A DNA stretch of 57,918 bases from a virus (IMGVR_UViG_3300032799_000270:1-57918); one strand, 5' to 3'. Shown: positions 39,616 to 48,066, numbered from the stretch's first letter. The notes: generated from the letters alone by a model not told the origin. Made by a program: numbers and translations.

Positions 39616-40286
39616 GACGCTCTCCTTCTCCGACCAAGCAACATCTGCATCAGGGTAGGCCACAAGGCAATCAGAAAGAGGCCCGCCACGATCCAATCCC
39701 GGAGGCCCGCGTCCATCGGCCATTCCTGCCGGCGCGTCACGTTCTCGGAAACTTCCCACCCAGGGTACTGCCCGTGCGACGTATCGAGGGCGATTCGCCC
39801 TGACCCTGGATACGCCGCTACGTACACGTGGGAGAACTGACCGGGGATTCGGGGATCGGCCGCCGCCGTCACGAAGCTCGACCGGATGCCGTGCGCCATG
39901 AGCAGCGCCGCGGTGAGCATGGCGTAGTCGTCGCAGTCCCCGACCTGTCGTTGCCCCGTGTCCTCCCGCCAGGTCACCATGTCCACGGGCCGGATCAGCA
40001 CCTCTACCACGGGAATGTCCGCCAGGCCCATCTTCGACAACCGGGAGGATAACGGTTCAGCCGTGCGCTCATCGTGCTGGAAGCGGATTAACTGCTTGAC
40101 GTGCCAGAACACGGCCTCGATGGGATCTACGCCTGGAGGCGCAACCGTGGCTGCATCCTTTATTACTGTGGGGTTGCGCGAGTCTTCGCAGACGTACCGC
40201 GTCATCAGGCTGATCGTGTCGGCCACCTGCTGATCCGGGTCGTCGCCGGTCAGGGTGGCTTCCCATTTGAGGGTCGCCGGCAGCAT
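39612..40286 (-). CDS. Transglutaminase-like cysteine protease, membrane anchored; first gene of the morphogenesis operon
   Basis: Cys-His-Asp triad: GDCDDYA, FSHVYV, IALDTS; C-terminal TM. Confidence 0.85.
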   Translation of the reverse strand: MLPATLKWEATLTGDDPDQQVADTISLMTRYVCEDSRNPTVIKDAATVAPPGVDPIEAVFWHVKQLIRFQHDERTAEPLSSRLSKMGLADIPVVEVLIRPVDMVTWREDTGQRQVGDCDDYAMLTAALLMAHGIRSSFVTAAADPRIPGQFSHVYVAAYPGSGRIALDTSHGQYPGWEVSENVTRRQEWPMDAGLRDWIVAGLFLIALWPTLMQMLLGRRRRAS

Positions 40287-40435
40287 TCGTCAGTCAATCA
40301 TGTCGGTCTCCGCTCGGGACTGCTGTTCGCCGTCTTTGATACTACACCACTATTTTGCCTGTGGCAATCAACAATGTACTATGTATAATACACATGTGCG
40401 GCAACTTGAACTGAAGGAGAGGAAGATGCACTAAA

Positions 40436-42301
40436 ATGCCCAAAGTCACCACCAAACCCATCGAACCAAGCGGCAGCGCAGCGGCTGAACACCCCCCGCC
40501 AGGTGGCCAAGACACGCCGTCACCCGTGTCTGAGATGCTCGAATCCTCCCAGTTGTTAGGTGAAGAGGACCAAGTACCCGAGACACAGCCCATTTCGCCC
40601 CGCCAGGCCAGGTTGAAGCCTACCCCTGAGCCCCCGTACTACAAATTCCATTCGGACAACCCACGCGGCCGGCGCCCGAACGACTTCTTCGCCTACTGGA
40701 ACAGTATCGGACCGGAATTCCGGGAGCGCCTCACGGTCTACATCTACCGCAACTGGCCCGTGATCGCCATCATGGTTCCAGACAGGAAACGCGGAGGGCT
40801 AAAACCCACCTGCCAAATCGCCAAGATCCCGGGCGAAGACGCCATTCGAGACGAAGATCATCTGATGCGCCGGTTCGGCAGTGGAGATTACACCATCCGC
40901 CTGAACGACGCTACGGTTCGCAAATCCATCGCCTTGTGCGTCATCAAGGGACTGCGCGGAGGCGAAGACCACCCGCCGGTGATCGAAAACTACGATCAGC
41001 TCGTAACGGACGACCCGGCAAACCAGTCCTTCATCGAAGGTCTGAGACAAAAGGGAGCAATGCTAGGAGAAACCGAAATGGCAGGATCAGAAGCAATGAG
41101 CATTCTCGCAGGGACGGTGAAAGACCTTAGCGCCCAGAACGCCGCCCAGGCCGCCGCCCAGGCCAAGAAAGAACCAGCCCCCCAGCAGACGCCGGCGGAA
41201 GTAACGATCGCAACTCTGGAGATGGCCGGCAAAGCCTTTGACCAGGGGGTAGCGCTGACAGAAAAAACCATGGCGGCTCAGACTGAGGCAAAAGTTGCAA
41301 CAGCCAAAGCCGAAGCCGCAGTCACAGCCGCACAGTTAGTCCCTGCGCCGAACACCGGCCCGACCGACGCCCTGGACATGCTCACCAAAGTGGTGGGCAT
41401 CGTGTCCACGCTCGCAGCAGGCGGGCAGAAGGCGGAAGCGTCTCAACCCGTCCTCGACAAGGTGACAGCGCTGGCTGAAAGATTCATGGCGCGGGAAAGC
41501 GTTCTGGAAGGTCGCATCACATCGTTGATCGACGCCCGTATCCAGAGCCTGGAGACCCAACTCAAGAATCCACAGCCCGAACACGCTCAAGTTCCGAAGG
41601 ACGATCCGATCGCCAACCTGGAGAAGCTGCTCAACATGAAGGACAAGTTCCAGAATCTGTTCGGCGGCGGCGAAGGCGACGAGAAGGCAGAAAAAGTTCC
41701 GGCCTGGATGAGCATAGTTCAGTCTCTCAGCACCGGCCTGCCCGCGGCAGCGACCGCGCTACTCGCCATGAGCTACAACATGGCCATCGCCCGAACGGGA
41801 AGCGGAACCCCCATCCCTCCAGTTCCGGTTACGGAGAATCCCAGCTTGCCGCCGGCGCCAGATACATCCAGAACCACGACAGGAGAGAATGCCATGGGGA
41901 ATGCGGTTGCCAACTTCCTGAGCCAGATCGAACGTCCGCTCATCAACCACCTGAACGACTCCTCGAAAACCGGGGCGGACTTCGCCGACTGGGTGTCGAG
42001 CGGCTACGGGGACATTGGGTACCAAGCGGCCAAGGAAATGGGCAAGGACACGCTCCTGGCTGTGCTGGCTTCCCGGCCGACCATCGCCGCGGTCATCCAG
42101 CAGATTCCCGAACGCACCAGCCAGTTCATCGACGAATTTCTGACGGCCGACGAGGGGAACGAGGGCGACGAAGAACCAACTGAGACGGGTAATGTCAGAA
42201 CCTTCGTGGCTCCAGCCGAAGGCGCGGCTCAGATCGTGGATCTGCCGCCCATCGTGCAGGCTCAAGAGGGCGCAGGGAAGAAACGGAACGCAGGCGTTTA
42301 G
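40436..42301 (+). CDS. Large alpha-helical hypothetical protein divergent from the structural operon
   Basis: 621 aa; GAAGGAGAGG upstream and TGxTATAAT in the AT-rich spacer. Confidence 0.8.
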   Translation: MPKVTTKPIEPSGSAAAEHPPPGGQDTPSPVSEMLESSQLLGEEDQVPETQPISPRQARLKPTPEPPYYKFHSDNPRGRRPNDFFAYWNSIGPEFRERLTVYIYRNWPVIAIMVPDRKRGGLKPTCQIAKIPGEDAIRDEDHLMRRFGSGDYTIRLNDATVRKSIALCVIKGLRGGEDHPPVIENYDQLVTDDPANQSFIEGLRQKGAMLGETEMAGSEAMSILAGTVKDLSAQNAAQAAAQAKKEPAPQQTPAEVTIATLEMAGKAFDQGVALTEKTMAAQTEAKVATAKAEAAVTAAQLVPAPNTGPTDALDMLTKVVGIVSTLAAGGQKAEASQPVLDKVTALAERFMARESVLEGRITSLIDARIQSLETQLKNPQPEHAQVPKDDPIANLEKLLNMKDKFQNLFGGGEGDEKAEKVPAWMSIVQSLSTGLPAAATALLAMSYNMAIARTGSGTPIPPVPVTENPSLPPAPDTSRTTTGENAMGNAVANFLSQIERPLINHLNDSSKTGADFADWVSSGYGDIGYQAAKEMGKDTLLAVLASRPTIAAVIQQIPERTSQFIDEFLTADEGNEGDEEPTETGNVRTFVAPAEGAAQIVDLPPIVQAQEGAGKKRNAGV

Positions 42302-42409
42302 ACTCGAAACCTGAAAGGGGCGGCTGGCAACCCCGTGGAGAGAACCTGCCGCCCCCTCACGCCTCCGCTCTACGCCAAGACTAACGGAGCGGAGACGAAC
42401 TTGCAGAAC

Positions 42410-42943
42410 CTATTTCACCTCTCGCAGAGATTCCAGCAGCTTCTGCGGATCTACCTGTAATTGTCGTTTCTGCACCCGTTCCGATAGCATGGACTGGAAC
42501 TTGGGAGTGCTCGCAACTCGGGAAAGTTGAAGGACGCTGAGCGTCAGGTTGAATTCCTTTTGCTGCTCCCTGGTCAACTTCTCAAAATCAACCTGAATCT
42601 GATGGCGCATCCCCCGAACCGAAGTGCGGTTGATGTGGCGGATCACAGACGCTCCGCTTTTGACAATCTCAACGTCGGTCAACCGCTTGACGCCCTGATC
42701 CAGAAGAACTCCGATCACCATACCGTGCTCGCGGAGGACCTTGCGCCTAGCCGCTAGAAGATTCGCCCTGGCTTTCCCCTGGACGTTCCGATGGATCAGT
42801 TCGCTGAGTTCGCCATACGAAACCGATTCTCCTACTTTGAGGCCCGCCAAGCGAATGGCCAGTTGTTTGGTCTCGAAACTGATCTGCCCGATGGGGCGTT
42901 GATCTTCGTATTTCTCCTCTGATGCTACGTTTTGTCCCGCCAT
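42410..42943 (-). CDS. Winged-helix-like protein downstream of the RAMP gene and arrays
   Basis: GESVSYGELSELI..ARRKVLREHG..GVKRL; ATG directly after the array 1 handle. Confidence 0.6.
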   Translation of the reverse strand: MAGQNVASEEKYEDQRPIGQISFETKQLAIRLAGLKVGESVSYGELSELIHRNVQGKARANLLAARRKVLREHGMVIGVLLDQGVKRLTDVEIVKSGASVIRHINRTSVRGMRHQIQVDFEKLTREQQKEFNLTLSVLQLSRVASTPKFQSMLSERVQKRQLQVDPQKLLESLREVK

Positions 42944-42947
42944 AAAG

Positions 42948-43030
42948 CTGCTCTTGTCTTGTCGCGTCATGGTGAGTCGAATTCTGTTATGTCGCGTTAA
43001 GTCGTGTCAAGTCGAGTCGCGAAAACCGCT
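42948..43030. repeat. 5-nt-periodic array 1 (13 NN-GTC units), putative guide RNA
   Basis: CTGCTC-ttGTC ttGTC gcGTC atGGT gaGTC gaATT ctGTT atGTC gcGTT aaGTC gtGTC aaGTC gaGTC gc-GAAAACCGCT. Confidence 0.9.
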
Positions 43031-43064
43031 GATCCCTTCATTTGTCAAAAGTTCAGCATGAGAA

Positions 43065-43173
43065 CTGCTCTTGTCTTGTCATGGGCGGTCATGACGGGTC
43101 CGGTCCAGTGCGGTACGGTCATGTCTTGGCGAGTCATGTTGAGTCAAGTCATGGTCTGTCCTGTCGAAAAGCT
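43065..43173. repeat. 5-nt-periodic array 2 (19 units), putative guide RNA
   Basis: CTGCTC then 95 bp (43071-43165) in unbroken 5-nt phase, 12/19 triplets GTC, then GAAAAGCT. Confidence 0.9.
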
Positions 43174-43762
43174 ACTGATTCTGTCCCCTCCATTCGTCCA
43201 GCGGCACGCCGTCCACGGCCTCCACCCTGAACCTGCCAAAGTAGCCATTGCGCTCGGGGCGGAACCAGCCGAGTCCAATGAACTTCCCGGCCTCTTCCGC
43301 ATGATGCACCAGAACGGATGGGGTGATTACATCGTCCAGAACGGTTACGACGCAATTCCCGCCCCACTTGTGGATGATCCCGAAGCACTTCCAGACTCGC
43401 TTGGCGCCACCTCGCATCCCATCCGATGGCAGGTAGAACCACTCGCCGGGAACCTCGTCTTTCTTTGCGTCCAGCACCATCGAATCGCTCACGAAGATGC
43501 CGGACTCGAAGTGCTTGGTGAAGGTCGATTTGCCCTTCCCCGGGATCTGCTCTCCCAGGTACTTGGCGATGCTCGACAACATGTTCTTGAAGGCCATCTG
43601 GGAGATGAACACGTAGCCCAGATCAGTGGCTCGCATCCTCTGCCGCCAGGTTCGCTTTTCGTAAGCGGCCGAGCTTTCTTTGGCCATCTTGGGCGGATCG
43701 GCATAGGGTGCGCTTTGGGCGTAAGGGCTGATGCCCTTTAGCGTGAAGGTCGTGGTATACAT
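43172..43762 (-). CDS. Standalone Cas7-like RAMP-superfamily protein (196 aa)
   Basis: FTLKGISP (beta1), YVFISQMAFKNML, G-rich loop EEAGKFIGLGWFRPERNGYFGRFRV; GAGGAG RBS before ATG 43762. Confidence 0.8.
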   Translation of the reverse strand: MYTTTFTLKGISPYAQSAPYADPPKMAKESSAAYEKRTWRQRMRATDLGYVFISQMAFKNMLSSIAKYLGEQIPGKGKSTFTKHFESGIFVSDSMVLDAKKDEVPGEWFYLPSDGMRGGAKRVWKCFGIIHKWGGNCVVTVLDDVITPSVLVHHAEEAGKFIGLGWFRPERNGYFGRFRVEAVDGVPLDEWRGQNQ

Positions 43763-43784
43763 TCGATTCTCCTCTTCATGAAAA

Positions 43785-43874
43785 CTGCTCTTGTCTTGGC
43801 TGGTCCGGTCCTGTCGAGTCGTGTCCAGTTCAGGCGCGTCGTGGTCGGGCGCGTGCGGTCCTGAAAAATCCGCT
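43785..43874. repeat. 5-nt-periodic array 3 (14 units), putative guide RNA
   Basis: CTGCTC then 70 bp (43791-43860) in phase, then ct-GAAAAATCCGCT; fills the gap between the ParB-like and RAMP genes. Confidence 0.9.
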
Positions 43875-44745
43875 ATTGCCTTTCCATCAACTCCCGCATC
43901 CGGTTCAGCACGGCCCGGGGCCCAGCTTCCCCGTCGATGCACTTTACCACCGTCGAGCACAGCTTCAGGATCGGCTCTTCAATCGTGCCGTCCTGGCAGC
44001 CCGCGAACTCGGCGAACAGGTTGCGGATTTCCTTGCGGCTCAACCCGACCGGACCGGCGGTCTGTTCGCCCCGTTCCACTTTCTCGCGCTTTACCTTGCG
44101 GACGTGCTGGCGGGTGACTTTGGCCGTCGCTTCCGGTTTGCCGGCGGCTTTGGCTTCGGCCCGGGACTCCTCCATCACCTGCTCGCGGGCTTCGGCGGGC
44201 ATGCTGACCATCTCGTAAGCCGTGACGGCCGGGAGCTCGCCCCGATGCACCTTGCGCTGGAGATCGGCGGGCAATTCAGCGAGTTGCAGTGTGGTCGAAA
44301 TGAGGGTCTCGCTGCACTCCAGGAGTTTGGCGATCTCTTTCCGGGTCCGACCGTTCGACTCCAGTGTCCGCATGATGTAGGCCAGGTCGATGGGCGAAAA
44401 GCCCTTGCGCTTGTGGGTGGCGGCAATCGAGGCTTCGTAGCTGTTCTCGCCTTTATAAACCTCGCAGCGGACCTTCAGGGGTTCAGCCGGATTCAGGCCG
44501 TTCTCGTTGATGTAGCGGATGGCGGTCACGCGCCGGTTACCGTCCAGAATGTGCGGCTCGCCCTGCTTGTCCGTGTAGATCACCACGGGCACCAGTTGGC
44601 CGTGCTCCAGGATCGACTGAGCCAGTTCCAGGACTTCGGTATCGGGCTTGTTCCTCGGGTTTTCCCCCGGCTGCAAGTGCTCCGGTGGAATCTGATAAGC
44701 GTTGGAGCGGCTCACGCCCTCCAACTCGACCAGTTTCAGCGGCAT
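43873..44745 (-). CDS. ParB/Srx N-terminal domain protein with HTH
   Basis: NPR..ELAQSILEHGQLVPVV..ILDGNRRVTA; RKEIAKLLECSETLISTTLQL. Confidence 0.9.
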   Translation of the reverse strand: MPLKLVELEGVSRSNAYQIPPEHLQPGENPRNKPDTEVLELAQSILEHGQLVPVVIYTDKQGEPHILDGNRRVTAIRYINENGLNPAEPLKVRCEVYKGENSYEASIAATHKRKGFSPIDLAYIMRTLESNGRTRKEIAKLLECSETLISTTLQLAELPADLQRKVHRGELPAVTAYEMVSMPAEAREQVMEESRAEAKAAGKPEATAKVTRQHVRKVKREKVERGEQTAGPVGLSRKEIRNLFAEFAGCQDGTIEEPILKLCSTVVKCIDGEAGPRAVLNRMRELMERQ

Positions 44746-44775
44746 GTTGTTCTCCAGGGCAGGCTGGGAATGCTG

Positions 44776-45060
44776 CTATGCCGGAACGGCTTCGTCCTCG
44801 TCGCCCTCGTCTTCCTCTTCGGTTTCCAGCACGAACTCCCACTCTTCGACTTCGTGGTCCTCTTCCACGAGTTCAGGATGCCCGTCCACCATGCGGTAGA
44901 TCTGAGCGTCTTCGGCCTCTTCGGCGCTGTCCACGGTCGTGAAGTGCAGCACGCCGCCGCATTCGATTTCAGCCGTGTCGCCGTAGTCCGCGACTCCCGA
45001 CTCTTCGCCGCCCGGTCCTACCAGTTGGTAGCCGTCGTCGTCCACTTCGATCTTCAACAC
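44776..45060 (-). CDS. Small, highly acidic protein
   Basis: GGAGGAGG RBS; D/E-rich throughout with a tail EEEDEGDEDE. Confidence 0.75.
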   Translation of the reverse strand: MLKIEVDDDGYQLVGPGGEESGVADYGDTAEIECGGVLHFTTVDSAEEAEDAQIYRMVDGHPELVEEDHEVEEWEFVLETEEEDEGDEDEAVPA

Positions 45061-45080
45061 CTGCGTTTCCTCCTCCGTTC

Positions 45081-45109
45081 AGTATGGGCGGCTCATGACC
45101 GCCCGTCAA
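45081..45109 (-). promoter_or_regulatory. Sigma70 promoter of the acidic protein-ParB-RAMP operon with operator-like TTGAC-N5-GTCAT
   Basis: TTGACG-17-CATACT. Confidence 0.7.
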
Positions 45110-45349
45110 GATCTCAAATGCTTGGCCTTTGCCAGCCCTCGGATGATCCCTGCCAGGGCCGAACGGGTCTGTGGGTCCTCTATCGCGGCCTGCAATTCCT
45201 CAGGCGTGAGACGGCACAAAATCCCGTTGTGCAACACGCACACACCTGAGCACTTCCCGCACACCGAGATTTGCCCTTCCTGGGTCAGACACCTTCCCCT
45301 GAGGTTGAACTGATCGGTCACCCGGCGAGAGCAGTGGGGGCAGGCGGGT

Positions 45350-45655
45350 CTACTCGGACACCTCCGTTGCGAGCGCGGCGAGGTCTTCCGGCAACTCCTC
45401 GCCGTTGGCGAGCAACCAGCGCGCGGCCTCATGCTTGGAGATCCATTCGGCATGAGGCAGGCTTCCCTGCCATTGCGAGGTGTGCTCGATGTAGTACCGC
45501 CCCTTCCGGCTGCGGTAAAGCGTCTGGTGGTTCCATTGGGTTCCGGTGGCAACCGAGATATAGTTATTCCCGTCCCATCGTGTGCCTTCTTCCCAGGACT
45601 GGGTGGCGTTTTCGGTCTTGACGACCGTGCCATCGTCCATTCGGTAGGTGCTCAT
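45350..45655 (-). CDS. Hypothetical protein
   Basis: AGGAGG RBS; QTLYRSRKGRYY motif. Confidence 0.7.
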   Translation of the reverse strand: MSTYRMDDGTVVKTENATQSWEEGTRWDGNNYISVATGTQWNHQTLYRSRKGRYYIEHTSQWQGSLPHAEWISKHEAARWLLANGEELPEDLAALATEVSE

Positions 45656-46748
45656 ATGATCCTCCTGCGGCTCTGCCGCATTTGCGATTCGCGGTCCTAC
45701 CCGCGCTCCCGGCCAGCAAGCCGGCGGGGAGTGGGGGCAGGTCATTGAGACTCCACCAAGCGCAGAATACCGTAGTCCTTGGCGTCTAAGCCCAAGGCCA
45801 CATCCATCGCGTAGTACATCGGATAGCTCTTCCCGCTGGTGAGGAAGTACCATTCTCCCAGCTTGGGCAGCCGGCGCTCTCCCGTGTCCTGGAACGTGGC
45901 GTAGGCTTCAGCCTTGCCTTTGCCCACTAGCATCCCGATCAGGAACGCCGGCACGACCGCGGCATCCAGAATCCGCTTCTCCTCCATCTTTCCCTTGCCG
46001 GCCATCTTGGCCGCGTACTCCATGGCCTGAGCGAGCTTCAGCCCGAACTCGGGGACTTCGAGCATGGCGGCGTAGGCGCTTTCGATGTCTGGCTTGAGCA
46101 AGAGATCGTAGCAGGAGATGGCCTCCCGCAACTCTGCGGCGGTCACTTCGATTTTGATTTCGGTCTTTTCCATGTCCCCTCCGAGCGGTGTCTCCTGCCG
46201 CCCATCAGATTCAGAATGGTGAGCAACCCGAACGGGAAGCGCCAGGAATCATGCGCAAAGCGTCTCGGCTTACTCTTTCTTCTGGCCATACTCCCTCCTG
46301 AGGTACTCCTTGAAAGCGGCATCGTGCTTCGGGTAGAACTCCGCGATGAGCAGGCCCACGGCGATGCCCGCCAGGAACAGGACGATAGCGAGGAGCACAA
46401 TCATTGGGAATCGTTCGAGCGCGATGCCACAAGAAACATGGCCGTGAACAACGCAACTGCGAATACTATAGCCCTCAGATTCCTCAGACCGCATGTGTAG
46501 GCGGTTATCCCGCATAACACGCCTGCGCAAAAATGACGAAACTCTCTCATTTGAGCATCCACACCACGGCCACCACCGCCACGCTGGCGAACAGCGCGAC
46601 TCTGCCCCATCTGCCGAGGCTCCTGAGCACGGCCACACCGACCAGCGCCACAGCCGAGAAAACGAGTACCACGGTGAACAGCGCCACGATGGCGCCGTCC
46701 TGGTCCAGACTCCGCAAGGTTTCCAGTGCTTCGTTCATAAGCTTCTCC

Positions 46749-47152
46749 TCAGTTCAACTCATCCATGTGGCTGGCCTGGATGTCGTCGGACCAGGGCTTG
46801 GTTTCCTTGAACTCGCACCGGCAACTCACGGTGAACTCAGCCTCAGCCCCGTAGAACGTCCTGGTGCCCCGCCCCTTGCCTTCCGAGCGGTCAGTGCGAT
46901 CCGCACTCGGGTCTTCCAGGTCCAGGGCATGAGCTTCGTCGTCAGGATGCTCGGCCATGTGCTTTGCGGCCTCGGGAAAGTCCACATCTACATCGAAGGT
47001 CGCTTCGGTCATCTCCGCGCCGCAATCCGCGCAGGCGTTCACAATTCTGACCGTGCCGGTGACTTCGCCCGTCGTCTCGTCGGCTTCCAGTTCGATTTCG
47101 GGATCGCCCTCGGTGTCGAGCGAAACAAACTTGTTACATTCGGGGCAGCGCA
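46749..47152 (-). CDS. Acidic Zn-binding hypothetical protein
   Basis: MRCPEC, CADC, CRC; D/E rich. Confidence 0.6.
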
Positions 47153-47154
47153 TT

Positions 47155-47850
47155 TCAGTTCTCTTTTTCTTCTGCCAGCGGGTCCAGGGCTTCGTACGCT
47201 GACCCTTGATGATCCGGGTCGTCATCCGGCACTACCACGGGCGTGATCCCCCGCAACCGGAGCTTCTCCATGGCCTCTTGATCCTGCGCCTGACTCTCGG
47301 TGACAATCTTTTCGATGGCGGTCGGTCGGAAGACTCGGAACACGCCCGCCACTTCGCCCTGGCCTTCACATTGTTCGCAGGTTTTCTGCTCCACCGCCTC
47401 GAAGCAGTCGCCCTGGCAGACCGGGCAAACCGCTGCCTTGGGATGGGCCAACAGTATCCAAGTCTCACTCAGCTTGAAACCTTGCGGCACGGCGGAGATC
47501 CGCTTGCTGATCCCCAGTTCGTCGGCCTCTCGACAGAAGGCACCTACCGTGCCGTAGAACTTTTCCCCGACCCAGAGCAGCCCGGCCTTGCCTATCGCCT
47601 CTGGCTCCATGCACAGCGGGCACCAGGATTCATCACGACAACCGAAGTGACGGCCCTTGTCTTCGCCTCCGAGAAGGTGGGGTACGCTGATCCAGGTCCA
47701 CCCCCGGCTCTGCTTGATGCCCGCCCCACAGCAGGGACAAATCCCCAAGATCAGCGGGAGCCGATCACACTGCTGGCCGCTGCCCGGAGCCACGAGGTAG
47801 AGGCCACCGACCTTGCGGTAGCCGCAAGCACGTCTGAGTTCAACGGCCAT
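47155..47850 (-). CDS. Cys-rich hypothetical phage protein
   Basis: RRACGYRKVGGLYL, several CxxC. Confidence 0.7.
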   Translation of the reverse strand: MAVELRRACGYRKVGGLYLVAPGSGQQCDRLPLILGICPCCGAGIKQSRGWTWISVPHLLGGEDKGRHFGCRDESWCPLCMEPEAIGKAGLLWVGEKFYGTVGAFCREADELGISKRISAVPQGFKLSETWILLAHPKAAVCPVCQGDCFEAVEQKTCEQCEGQGEVAGVFRVFRPTAIEKIVTESQAQDQEAMEKLRLRGITPVVVPDDDPDHQGSAYEALDPLAEEKEN

Positions 47851-48037
47851 TCGCTACGTCCTCCACTGGCACGATCTGTCCGAAGTAGTGGAGCACCCCC
47901 AGCGTATCCGACACTCCAAATCCGTAGCCGTCCTTATGGTCCGTGTGCAGCTCAGCCACTGTGCGGATGTCCTCAGGGGAGCCGTCCCGCAACAGGAAGG
48001 TGTCACCGGGCTTCATGCTGACTCTCTCCACGTTTCC

Positions 48038-48066
48038 AGTTTGCCATAATGTTGACCATTAGTCAA
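48038..48066 (-). promoter_or_regulatory. Promoter with operator TTGAC-TAATG-GTCAA (48052-48066)
   Basis: TTGACT-17-CAAACT with extended TG; palindrome 14/15 identical to 3656-3670. Confidence 0.65.

Noticed and set aside
43520-43560. GKGKST in the RAMP protein as a P-loop
   Set aside because: Lacks the preceding hydrophobic strand and Walker B; the overall motifs fit RAMP
43004-43960. ORF-track proteins spanning the arrays (43004-43741 +, 43042-43230 +, N-terminal extensions to 43960 and 42970)
   Set aside because: Translations of the periodic repeats or antisense shadows; better starts exist at 43762 (with RBS) and 42943
43876-45249. Long + strand ORFs opposite real genes (e.g. 43876-45249, 29680-30651, 22681-23583, 15328-16251)
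   Set aside because: Shadow ORFs typical of GC-rich DNA, antisense to genes with recognisable motifs
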